Positions 53,029 through 64,000 of a DNA stretch of 64,000 nucleotides are shown piece after piece. The position numbers and the translations under genes are program-made. The stretch spans positions 124,001-188,000 of the forward strand of contig OZ237768.1 of NCBI GenBank assembly GCA_965178125.1. Direction: 5' to 3'. Source of the DNA: Bilabrum cf. latius (taxonomy: Eukaryota). The stretch's first letter is position 1; the number at the start of each line of letters is the position of its first letter. The notes under the pieces are model-generated. The model was not told the DNA's origin. It saw only the letters and a list, made by a program, of their open reading frames with translations, and made no database searches.

Positions 53029-54150
53029 ATGTTCAGTAGAATCGGTCTGAGCGCACGGAAAACCTCTTTTTGCCCGATATTGCATGGGGCTATGAGGCGC
53101 CACATGGCCGCAGCGGCGTCCCGAAAGCCTAGGATTGGGGTCGTATTTTCTGGATGTGGGCGAGAGGACGGTACTGACATAACGGAAGCGATTGCCACTA
53201 TTGCAGCGCTAGAACGCAACCCTGATATACACGCTTAGTACTTTGCCCCGTGAGTGTGCGAAGATACCTTTGTAGTTTTGGCTGCAGGTGATATTTTGGT
53301 AACGACAAGGTTGGTGCACGTGTACGCCCGCAAAGTATTGCAGAGACATGGACCACCGCCATATCGTAAACCACCGCTATTTCGAGACCGAGGAGTATAC
53401 TGCGCGAATTATCCACGATGAAGTGAGCCGATTCCTGCCGGGAGAAATACAGGCCCTCCAGGAGATCCGCGGTAGGGACCTCGATGGCTGTATATTTCCT
53501 GGCGGGATGGGACCGGCCAAGAACCTGACAGCCTTTATCAAATCCGCCAAGAAATACACAGTTAGCTGTAAGAATCCGCTCTCGACGAGGACCGATGCCT
53601 GCCTGCTTGCCCGCTGCAGATCTCATGTGCATCCTGATCCTGAATCTTGCTCCCTTTCCTGTGCTCACCTTGTCTCACTGCTGGCTCTGAGAGCCAATCG
53701 ATGCACAGTACGCCATTGGAACTCTCGTTATTTATCGCAGCATACCTTCTGCACGCGCTTCGTGACATCATGGGCGAGGGCCGGCCCGTGGGCGTCGCTG
53801 GGTTCGGCGTTACCGTGATCGCCAGCAGCTGCCCCGGCCTGCGCTTCACATTTGGGCCCGGGCAGGACGTGGAGGAGAGAGACGGAATCGAGTACAAGTA
53901 CAGGGGGACCATCGGGCTGCTATAGCAGGAGCTGGGGCTGGAGCATGTGCCCACTGACGGGGCTGACGTGGTGCACGACGAGAGGTACAACGTGTTTTCC
54001 ACTGGTGGATCCGTGGCCACGGGCCGCGCTGCTGTGCCCCTCGTCCACGACAGCAGCACAGCCCTCGCTAACTCTGTGGTGGATGCGGTGCTGCAGGGAA
54101 CGAAGGGAACGGGCCCCAGGCCTACTTTCGACGCTGGCAACCGGGCGTAA
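53029..54150 (+). CDS. ES1/ElbB/GATD3-like (DJ-1/PfpI superfamily) protein, probably mitochondrial, 3 exons
   Basis: IGVVFSGCGREDGTDITEA...A*YFAPD...HIVNH; IFPGGMGPAKNL. Arg/Ser-rich N-terminal presequence. Introns 53250..53343 and 53568..53740. TAGs at 53236 and 53923. Ends at TAA 54148-54150. Confidence 0.8.
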
Positions 54151-54315
54151 TTTGGGTGCAGTGCAGTGCAGAGTTGTGGCGATCGACTTGAACAGAGCAT
54201 CGAATGACCAGTGCGCATCGATCCCATTTCGACAGCCAGAAAGCTGAGTCATTGTAGGCTCGCAGTTCAGGTTATTTCAATCAAGGCAAGCACCAGCTTC
54301 CTTCCACTGCAGTCC

Positions 54316-55931
54316 TCAGTAGGACCTGCCCTCCGCCGCTCTCTCGTGGATCCGCGCCGAGATTCTTCTGAGCGCCACGGCCGCCTACTTGAGCGCGTCA
54401 AAGGTCCCGCTCTCCTGCGCGCTCTTGGCGCTCAGATGCAGCACTCCATGGGTCTAGTCGATGTGGCCAACGAGGCGGCCGTCCAGGATCAGCTGCGCCA
54501 CGAGCTGCTCCGCCTCGGTGCCCTCCACGTCTAGTTCCTTGGCAAGGAACTCAAGCCTGACCACCTTGTACGGCCGCACGATCTGCAGCACCACCTGTCC
54601 CCTGAAGTTCCTCATGAGGGGGGCGAGGTACTCCAGCATGAAGGGATCATCCTGGATGTGCGCCTTGGGGTCTGCAAGCACGCGCTGGAAGCCGTTGATG
54701 TCGTTCTTGTCGAATGCTCGCCGAAGCTGCACCATGGCTGTGATCTGGGGGTCATTCTCGTACGCCTTTGCCTCCTGGGAATCGAAGGGGTTCACCTCGA
54801 TGCCGGCGATCATGTTGGCCAGCAGAACGCACTTGAGGCACCGCACGGCCCTCGTGTTACCCGCCGCCTGGTAGTTCTTGAAGGACTCGAAGAACTCGTC
54901 AAAGGCCTGCTTCCAGTTCTTCTAGGTCATGTGCATCTCACCGAACGTCTCCCTGATCGTGCCCATCACCCTCGGGTCCGCAATGGCCACTTTCTGAAGC
55001 TTGTTGACAGCGTCGTAGTACTTCCGGATCGCGTCGAATTTCTTGGTGATTCCGCAAAGCTGGATTCTGAGCGCGTACACGTCCATAAGGTACGTGGCCT
55101 TGGCCTTGTCGTCCTCTCCCGCGGGGGTGCGGCAGCTGTCGTGCAGTGCGTCCACGGCTTCCTGCAGCTTGGTGGCGTCCCTGTGCGCCACGTGGGAGCG
55201 AGCCAGCTTGAGCTACGTGGAAAACCACAGCCTCTCGTTGGTTGCTTTCAAGTGGACGAGCGCCTTTTCGTACATGGCGCTCTGCAGGTCGACATCATCC
55301 GCCGTGGATACCTCGTCCAGGATGCGATCCATCGCGCTCGTGCCATCGTTACTCGTCACCAGCGGGAGCAAACTCATGAGCTACGTGAATGATTCAGAGG
55401 CCAACTCTTTTCGATTCAATTTCACGGCAAGTACCACGATCTCCTTGAGGGCCTGGAATCGGCTGCGAGCACATGGTCAGTCGGTACACACACACATCCA
55501 GGCGAATTCGGAGGGGCAACGGCAATTGCTCAGGCACTCCCGCCCGCATGCGAAATATCTTACTATTTGTTGCTATCTGGACTCAATTTGGACTCCTCTT
55601 CGACCACGCTTTGGAACAGGGTGATGGCTTTGTCGGCGTCGCCTCGTCTCAGCACGTCCTCGCCTTCGTAGTAGTTATTTTCGATCTAAATGCTGGGGTC
55701 ATCCTCCTCTCTGCGAAAACAAAAGAAATGACACACGGAATACGCCGAGCTTATGTGCAAAAAAAATACGCTGTCGTTGCAAACGCAAGATGGGCTCGAT
55801 CCGAGAACGTATTGGGTATCGATGCCTCACGCTGCACCACCGTCCCCTTCCCCCCCATCATCGTCACTAGGGTACTCGATCTCTGAATCTCCATCATCAC
55901 CGTACTCGTACTCTTCTTCATAGTCAGACAT
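54316..55931 (-). CDS. CSN2: COP9 signalosome subunit 2 (PCI domain), 3 exons
   Basis: MSDYEEEYEY...IENNYY, FQALKEIV, NERLWFST*LKL, VYALRIQ, PRVMGTIRE, FFESFKNY, INPFDSQEAK-like EVNPFDSQEAKAY, IVRPY, LILDGRLVGHID*. Introns 55830..55711 and about 55563..55463. Six in-frame TAGs; ends in TGA. Confidence 0.92.
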
Positions 55932-56088
55932 AGTTGCTATTTTTGCCTGGAGGTCTTTCGCCTCAATGCGCTGCTCTTTTTATATCTTCATCAATTCGTA
56001 TTTTGACGCGAAAACTTTCAGCAACCCAGCGTAGCTCTCAGAGAGTATTTAGGAGCTGGTCTTTGTGCTTATATTGAGTATCTGAAGA

Positions 56089-59000
56089 ATGGCATCCGCC
56101 TCTGGCGGGCCCACTGGCGGGAAAGCTCCAGCCTCTGGTGCTGGTGGGTAGGACTCTTCGCTGCGCGGACTGGCCTCGTCCTTTCTGTCTCGTTTTTCTG
56201 GAAAGGGAGAGGACGGCAAATCCCCAGGAAAGAAAGGCAAAACAAAGCCAAAGGTGGATCCTATGGCTGGACTAACCCCCGAAGAAAAGGCGGAAAGTGA
56301 GACCAACCGCACCCAATCGTTGAGTTGCTATGCGCTCGTTTTTACTAGTTCTACCTTGAATCATATTGGTGGCAAGCGAGACTGAGTATGTGCATGCTCC
56401 TTTGTATTACCTCGCGCAGGGCGGAAGGCTCTAGCAAAGCGAGAAGAGAGGCTCATCAAGCTGTTTGCAAACTTCGAGCTGCATGGCGGGCCGTACTAGA
56501 CGGATGTCGTGCTTGCCAAGAGCGAAGGCCGGCTCATCGGCGGGCTGGCAGACGACGAACTTCTTAAAATGCAGTGGTATCGCGCGGGTACAGGAAGCGA
56601 TGGGGGTTTCACGGAGATCAAGGGCGTGCACGGCGGCTTCTACCAGCCGTCTGCCGAGGACGTCAGCTGCCGCCTGCTGTGCCGCGCCACCAATACGGAA
56701 AACGAGGGCTAGTCAGGATTCGGAGAGTGGGGTCCCCTGGTCCTCGACCCCGATATCCGTGCCCGGGCCCTGGAGGTGGCAGCCCGCCGGCGCGTGGTCT
56801 TCGAGGTCGAGAGGAGCAAGGAGCACGACCAGAAGAGGCGCCTGTCCATCGAGCCCGACGGGGCCATGGTGCTAACGGGCCCGGGGTACTCCGAGATCGG
56901 CTCTCTCAAGTCCAAGGCCTCCCGTGGGGTGCACTTGGAGCTGGACCCTGTCAGTGTCACGGAGCTCCTTCTGACGGTCCCTCGCACGGGTGTGGAGTAC
57001 GTCCCCGAGCTGGAGAAAATGAAGGTGGTGCCAACCAAGGCGCTCAACAAGAAGAAGTTCTTCAGGGTTAGGCTGCGGGCCCAATCCAACGAGGAGAGAG
57101 ACGTGCTGGCGCTGGTGCTGTGGAAGAAGTGCGGCCTGGACAGGGGTCGCTTGCTGGACGATGAGGACGAGGACGACGAGGACGACGACAGGGAGCTGGA
57201 GTAGGAGGTGCATGGTGTGGCCAGTAGTGCTGATGCTGATGCTGATGATGATGATGGGGAGGCAGGGGCGGCGGCGGGGGGTGCCTCTGGCGAGGGGGAC
57301 GATGGCGAAGACGCAGGGCGAGCAGGCGATGGTATGAAGGCCGAGGACGAGAAGGGTGCTGGTGCTGGTGATGGAGATGGAGATGGCACAGCTGGTGATG
57401 GAAGCATAGAGGCCGACGTGTCTGAGAGTGGTGGCGGCGGTGGTGACGATGTGGATGCATAGGAGGACAGCCCAGGCAAAGACAGCAAGTCTGGGGATGG
57501 TGGGGAAGACAGCCCAGGCAAGGAAGATGCTGGCGGCAGCAATAGCGACAGCGACAGCGACAGCGACGATGACGTGGAGCTGACGGCGGATGGACCTGCC
57601 GCAGGAGAGGCTGGACTGGTGGGCCTGGAAGACAAGGAGGAGGATGACAAGGAGTAGGACAAGATAGCGAATGAGGGATAGGACAAGATAGCGAAAGAGG
57701 GATAGGATAGAGGTGGCTCGGAAGAAGCAGGCGCAGGTGACGCAGCTGGGGATGTGGCAGGGGTTGCCTCTGGCGGAGACGACGGTGGGGGCGCTGAATC
57801 CAGCGGAGGCACTGCAAGTGGCAGCGCTATCGTCGGGGAGGATGGCCATGGGGATGCTAGCGAAGAAGGCGATGACTCTTCGCCTCATGCGAAAATAGGC
57901 AAGCCAGATAAGCCAGACGGAGACAGCTAGCAAGCCGACTCGGGCGCTGGCTCCGGGTCAGGCCCCGAACCGGCCTCGACGGAAGCAAGCAGTCCGCAGC
58001 AGGGGCAAAGTGGCTCGGCAGCCCATCCGCCAGCCGCTGCCACGGCCTCCCAGCAGGCCTCCAAAGAGGGCGAGCCCGCCTTAGTGGCCGAGGTCTCTCG
58101 GCTCCGCTCCCAGGTCCGAACCCTCCGTCAGCAGCTGCAGGATCAGTCCAAGCAGCAGGTCACCGAGCTGCGGGCCGCGCGAGACGGTCAAGACAGAGCC
58201 AAGCGGGCGCTGCGGCAGACCCAAGACAAGCTGGAGAAGGTGCAGGCGGAGGCGTCCAGCGGCAAGCGGGCCGTGGAAGAGTGCAAGCGGCTCAGGAGAG
58301 ACATCGAGAGGGCCAAATCGAGCCAGGCCGCGGGCCGAGAGGACCAGGACAGGGTCAGGAAAGAGGCCGCCAGCGCCAGGAAAGAGGCGCGGGCCATCCA
58401 GCAGACGCTCACCCAGGCACAGCGCAATCTGGCAGACACGAGGCGGCAGCTGGAATCGGCCCGAGGCCAGCTCGTGGCTGTGGAGGAGCGCGCGGAGCGG
58501 CTGCAGGGCGACCTCGAGCAGGCGCGCGAGGCCAGCGACTCCAAGTCCACGCAGATCAGCACCCTGAGGCAGGACCTGGATGCGGCGCGGGAGGCCGCCG
58601 AGGACTGCAGGGAGCAGCTCGCTCGCGCAAAGGATGACGCGGAGAGGGCGAGGGAGGAGGGGGAGGCGGACAGGAGGCGACTGAGGGCCAGTGAGCAGAG
58701 GGAAGCGGATGCCAACGACAGGGCGGCAGAGATGGAGGCACAGAGTGCCGCGAGGAAGGCGCAGGTGGACTCTCTTCAGAAGGACCTGGCAGCCGCCACT
58801 GGCAGGGTGCGGGAGGTGGAGAAGAGGTGCGACGTGCTGCAGGAAGAGAGGGATGCCATGCGAAGAGAGGCGGACACGCATGCCAGGAGCGCGGAAGAGG
58901 CCAGGAAACGAGCGGCAGAGGCAGACAAGGAGGCGGCAGCTGCGCTCGAGCAGGTGAGGGCGGCGCAGTCAGCCCAGGCGGGTGCCCTTGGCCAGGTCGA

Positions 59001-59814
59001 GGAGGCGGGGCAGGAGCTGGAAGGTGCGAGAAGGGAGGTGGAGCGGTGGAAGGCCAAGGCAGAGGAGGCTGGCAGGGCGGGAGAGCTGCTAGAGGAGGCC
59101 AGGAGGGAGAAGGAGGAGCAATCGGGGGAGCTGGACAGGCTGCAGGCGGAGCGGAATGCCCTGAGGAGGGCGAACCAGAGCCTGCGGCGTGACGTGGCGA
59201 GGATGATTGCGGGCGGGTCCGGGTCCGGGAGTGGGGGAGGGGGTGCAGGGGGTGGTGATGCGCACGGGGGTTCTGGTGGCAGGGAGCTGGAGCAGGCTCG
59301 GAGCAGGGCGCAGACTCTCGAGTCGGACCTCGCTGCGGTGCGCGGCCAGCTGGAGGACGCGAGGGCGGAGCTGAGGAGGATGAAGCGAGCCGGGACCGGG
59401 GCCGGGGCCGGGGCCAGTAGCGGTGGCAGGCGAACGGGAGGCGGCGGTGGTGCAGCTGCCCCCTTGCGGCATGGGAAGGGCGACTCTGTCGGTTCTGGTG
59501 GGGTCGGAGCTGGGGCTGGATCGGCCCCGATGGACTTCTCCGGCGGGCTGGCGAGCCTGCTGGCTCCACCCGAAGTGGGCGGGGGCGGCAGCACAGGGGC
59601 GCAGTCTGGGCTCGCGGCAGGCGGGTCCCAGGCCGGTTCGGCAGGGCCCGCGGGTACGGGTAGTGTTGTGCTGGACCTGCAGCGGCTAGTGGGCAGCCTG
59701 ACCGAGGCGCTCGATGACAAGGAGACGGCGCTCAAGCAGCAACGGAGGACCAAGGAGATGCTAGCGCAGAGAATAGGGGAGTTGGAGGAGGAGCTCCGGA
59801 AAGCCAAAGCGTGA
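56089..59814 (+). CDS. Protein with an Ig-like (AIR9/SCAB-type) domain, acidic linker and long coiled coil, 2 exons
   Basis: MQWYR...EIKGVHGGFYQPSAEDVSCRLLC resembles the A9/SCAB Ig repeat. Intron 56297..56419. About 10 in-frame TAGs. ORF 58084..59814 is a heptad-rich coiled coil ending in TGA. Confidence 0.7.
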
Positions 59815-59943
59815 CTTACTGCACGCCAGTTTTACGCAACTGCTGATCATGTAAATCTCAGAGGCTCTATATGCGGGCCGCCGATGTGATTTGCGGAACC
59901 TCTTCGTTGCCGTGCTCGGTGCAGACTCGCGCAACGCTACGAA

Positions 59944-62900
59944 ATGCGCGCCTCCGATTTGTTAAAAGGCAGGCGTCGAGTTTTATTGCTAGCGAAGGCT
60001 AACCCAGAAGACAGCTTGCAGGCACTTGTTGCAAGCGAGCGTCTTGTAGCACACCAATCTGAGTGCTGCCTTGTCGCTGCGTACCGAGTATCGCGAACCC
60101 CAAGCAGCCTCCGGTGCGCCAGCGCTTTTGTAGTTGAAAGCCAAGCACTGTCTAATCTGCTTGATTCCATCAGCGTGGTTCTCAATACAGTCAGTGGCAG
60201 AGCGACTAGCCTGAATTGGTGCGGCGAGCATGGAGCTGCCGTTGCGGCATCCCACAGGCTTCTTGCCATCATCGCAGAGCATTCAACGAAATCGCTCCTT
60301 CTGGTCTCTCTTGCATGGCGCGCTGCATCTGAGCAATGGTAGGAGGACCGCCCGCGCACGGCATGGTTCGGCAAGATCAGCACCAGTTGCCACTCGCTTC
60401 AATCCTCCATGCTCCGTGCATTGATGGTGTTTCTTCGCCAAGGCACAACAATTCGAGCAGCACGGCTAGTGAGTGGCCGCGCAACCTCGCAAGACGCGGC
60501 AGCGGTCCTGAGCATGGCCGCCGGCTGCGTTGCTCCGCGGGAGGAGTCCATGGAGCCTCTGGACGACGATGAAGCCATGGTTCTGGCGTCATCTTCGCCA
60601 AGCCGAGACGCCCGGCAGACCGCTGATCAAGGAAACTCTCTGCGGATTAGGGTGCTGCGGGCCGGGCAAGAAGGAGCTGACGCCGACAAGGCCAACCTTC
60701 AAGTCGGGCTGCGCACGGTCCCTTCCTTCTCGCCGGGGTAGTCACCCCTGTCTATCCCTCCCACTGGGAGCCGGCTCGCGAGCGACCCTGGGAGTCCGTC
60801 GCTGCTCGCACTCGCTCCTGCATGGACCAGAAGAAGTAGCGTTGCATCGGTTGGCGCTGTCGGTGCCAGTCGGACTGCTCGCTTCCTGCCTGACCTCGGA
60901 GCAGTTGCCAGGGCAAGAGACGCGATCGTGGCCCATTCTGGTCTCGCGGCCCTCGCGCGCATGTGGGCTGCAGCAGCGGCGGCGGGTGCTCTCTCTACGG
61001 ACGACATTGTCCGACAGGCGCGCCAGTTCCAGATCTAGGGACAAAGAAGGCTAGGAAGCGGAAGCATGAGCACGAGCACGCGGGGGCAACAAGGGCGCGG
61101 AATCGCCCCACTGGGCGCGGCGCAGTCTGCCATGCCAGCTGCCGGTGGAGGCTACAGGCCAGGGGTATCTGCAGGCGGCGATAGCGCCTCAGACTGGTCT
61201 GATCTCGTCCGACAGGCCACACATACAGCATCCGCAACATCATCCGCAACAGCAAGCCTGGCAGCAAGCAACGAACACGATCGAGCACCGAGTCTCGCGG
61301 GGGCGTGGATGAGCGCGCCGTGTGGCGATGGAGGCCAGGAAGATATTACGGGCACGGCTGGTTCGGCTGAATCTGGCTTCTGCGAAGAAAGCGGTCATGA
61401 TGATGATAGTGATGATGACCTTGGGTTTGCGGGGCTCAGCTTGGAGCAGCTGGCTATAAGATGCTAGCGCGGACTGGCTCGCCTGGCTCAGGCACTGCTA
61501 CCACTCGCAGGGGAGGACGAGGAGCAGGAGGAGCCGTAGGAAGATGGAGAAGGCAGTGAAGATGGCACTGGTGACGTGGATGGTGATGGATAGACAGGCC
61601 ACGACGGGGCGCGGGCAGCCGATCCGGACAGTCGAGCTGCATCGGATGCGACGGCTTCCATGGGAGTGCAGCGGGCGTGGCAGCGCGTGGTGGAGGCAGA
61701 GGTTCAGCGCGGTGAGGTCGTTCCAGCGATCGAGTGCGCGTCCTGCGGCGAGCCAGTAGTAAGACAAGCATGCCTTGCCACAGTGCTGACCGCTGGTGCT
61801 TCGGCAAGCTGGTGCCTCGTGGCTGCCCGGGTGTCAGCTGCTTTGAGCCAGGCTGGAATGGACCGAGGGACACATAGGGCAGATGCAGCAGCAACTGCAT
61901 CAAAGTATAGGTCCAGAGCTGGGTAGGCGTCGCCCAGCGGCAGCTTTGAGGGGGACGACCCGGTTCCTGGTCATCTCGAGCGGACAGACAGCAGGGGTCC
62001 CGCATTGCGCGCCTCTGTGTTCCAGGGCGGGTCAGTTGGCGGTGGTGGTCTTGGACCACCGATGGGGAGAGAGGGTTCCATGCCGCTGCAGCTGTCTGGT
62101 TCGAGGCAGTCGTCAGCCAGGGACGTGCTGGCCTCCCAGTCTATGGCGGGCACGTCAGGAAGCAGAGGGGTGGCTAGTGCAGATAGGTAGGACGTAGTGG
62201 CAGTCGCAGCTTGCGTGAATGCATCCGTGAGTCGCCTTCTAGGGGGAGAAACGGGCTGGAGGGAGCTGGGTGGCAGCCCAGAGGAAGCAGCCGTGGGAGG
62301 ATACGCGCGGCATGCCGCACTCGCACATGCGGTGTCTTTCGTTGCGAGCGTGGCTGCCAGCAAGTCTGTGACCGCTGATCGTGCGGCAAGAGCTGCCGCG
62401 GTGGACGTGTGTGAGCATGCGGTGACTGTTTTGCTGGAGTCTCTCGGCAACGAGAAAGGCAAATCGAGCAGCGGAATGCAGCATGCAGCGCTTGGGGATC
62501 AAGGCAGTGGCACGGCTCGACTCATGTTCCTGCTGATTGCTGCGGCTAGGCTGCCCGTGGATGTGGCGGCCTTGCATGGGCCTGTTGGAGGGGCCCGATG
62601 CTACCTGGACAGGCAAGGCCGGTTGCCGGCGTGGGTGTTTGCAGCTCAGGATCGTTGCTTGGAGCGGGTTCTCGGGTACATGTCTCCCACCGGGCAACAG
62701 GAGCTGCTGCATATGGCGGGGCCAGCGGGAGCTCGGCTACTCGCCACCACGCCGGGGATCGGGCCTGGCACCAAGCCCTCCATGCCGTCTCGCCTTGGGC
62801 CAAGGTCGGTCAGTAGCGGCAGCGGCGGCATCAGCGGGTCTTAGGGGAACCTCAGCAAAGGTTCCTGGAGGCCATGTGGCGCTGCTGGCGCTGGTGGCCC

Positions 62901-64000
62901 GGCTCGCTCTATGCTGCAAGAGCTGGTGGCGATGCTGGTGCAAGGCGAGGGAAGGTAGGCGCAGCTAGAGGCAGGCAGGCTCGACCCCATGGCAGATGAT
63001 GCTGCCGGCCTAAGCAATCAAAGTGGGATGCGCCTGCCCTGGGCGAGGCATAGGCTTGCTTCTCAGCACGCAGGCACCGGGAGTGCTCTATAGCCATAGC
63101 CTGGTGAGGCATCGCCGACCACTCGCTGGTCCACATCGCGCGCAGGAGGCGCCGTGGAGCAGGCCATGGTACAGCTGCGGGCGCTGGCGGCCCGGCACGA
63201 AGACCCCGACCGGTCTGAAGGTGGGAGTTCTCGCTCCGGGTCCTCACGTTCCCTGCTCCGTCGGCTTTTTGGAAGACATAGCACGCGGCAGGTCGGCGAG
63301 GACGAGCAGAAGAGGGCAGCTGGCACCGGTGGCGGCGTGGCTTCCCCCGTACAAGGACAGCGACCCCCTCGCGCTGCGGTTGGCGCGTCTGCGCGGGGCC
63401 ATGGCGCGCAGCTTCGTGCCCTGCAGCAGGCAGCTGTCATGCACGTGGTGGCAGTGGCACAGTGCGCTTGCGGTGTACTGCAGCTGGCATCCCGCCCTGA
63501 GTGCCCAAGAGACACCGCGCATTCCACCTGCATGCAGCTGCTGTCGGTGCTTGGCTCCGACCTGGCGGCATGGCCGGAGGTGCGCAGGGCGAGGGAACAA
63601 GCCAGGGCGTCTGCGCGGAGGGAGGGAGCGGTGCGTCCGCCCGAGAGCACGCGGATGTAGCGGCGGCATGCAGAGCTCCGCGCCGCATCCCATCTCGCCG
63701 TCATGGGCCACATGATGCGGGCAGCTTGTTCCCTGGCTGGCCGGTCCAGCCGGTCCACGATGGCGGTGAATCGTCTGCTGGAGTCAATGTACGTGTCTCC
63801 ACAAGAGGAGGCCAGGGACAGAGGCAGCCTTGGATCGGTGGGTCGGATGGATGGACCCGCGCCGATGGTACCCCGTGCGATCGGAGAACTGGCACAGGCC
63901 GTGGTGGCATCTGGGGAGCAGTCGAGGCACAGGCGCCTCGTTCTCCTCTAGACCCTGCTGGAGCGGACATGCGAGCTGACCACTCGGTTCGCAGGGGATG
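59944..64000 (+). CDS. Large Ala/Leu-rich hypothetical protein, runs off the window end
   Basis: Eight track ORFs (59944, 60409, 61066, 61660, 62005, 62197, 63154, 63703) lie in one frame separated by TAG. Confidence 0.6.

Noticed and set aside
2633-64000. Widespread pseudogenisation or sequencing error as the cause of internal stops
   Set aside because: The interruptions are almost all TAG, with no frameshifts, and occur in essential genes. Random decay or C-to-T damage would also create TGA and TAA.

Overview
GC-rich, gene-dense eukaryotic (protist-like) nuclear DNA with about 20 protein-coding genes, short GT-AG introns and very short intergenic spacers. The main result is that this genome appears to read TAG as glutamine. 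Nearly every gene is split in the ORF track by in-frame TAG codons (roughly 100 by hand count, not exact), yet the pieces stay in one frame and end at TGA or, rarely, TAA. The TAGs fall on conserved Gln residues in TOP2 (IY*KKTQLEHILLRPDTY), TAF7 (MEE*LVLR), CSN2 (GHID*) and an ES1/ElbB homolog (A*YFAP). They also replace CAG in internal repeats (NQK-NQK-N*K). TAA is almost absent from coding frames, so the code looks like UAG=Gln with UAA/UGA=stop (NCBI table 15-like). With this code the recognisable genes are an FHA protein, a CCT-domain protein, a Wee1/Myt1-like kinase, a secreted GH5 endoglucanase, TMEM14, a GT61-like glycosyltransferase, an IQ-motif protein, TAF7, topoisomerase II, a CID-domain protein, an ES1/ElbB-like protein, CSN2 and an Ig/coiled-coil protein. 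Several large hypothetical proteins and a ~0.7 kb tandem duplication are also present. The organism cannot be identified from the sequence. No tRNA, rRNA or CRISPR array was seen.
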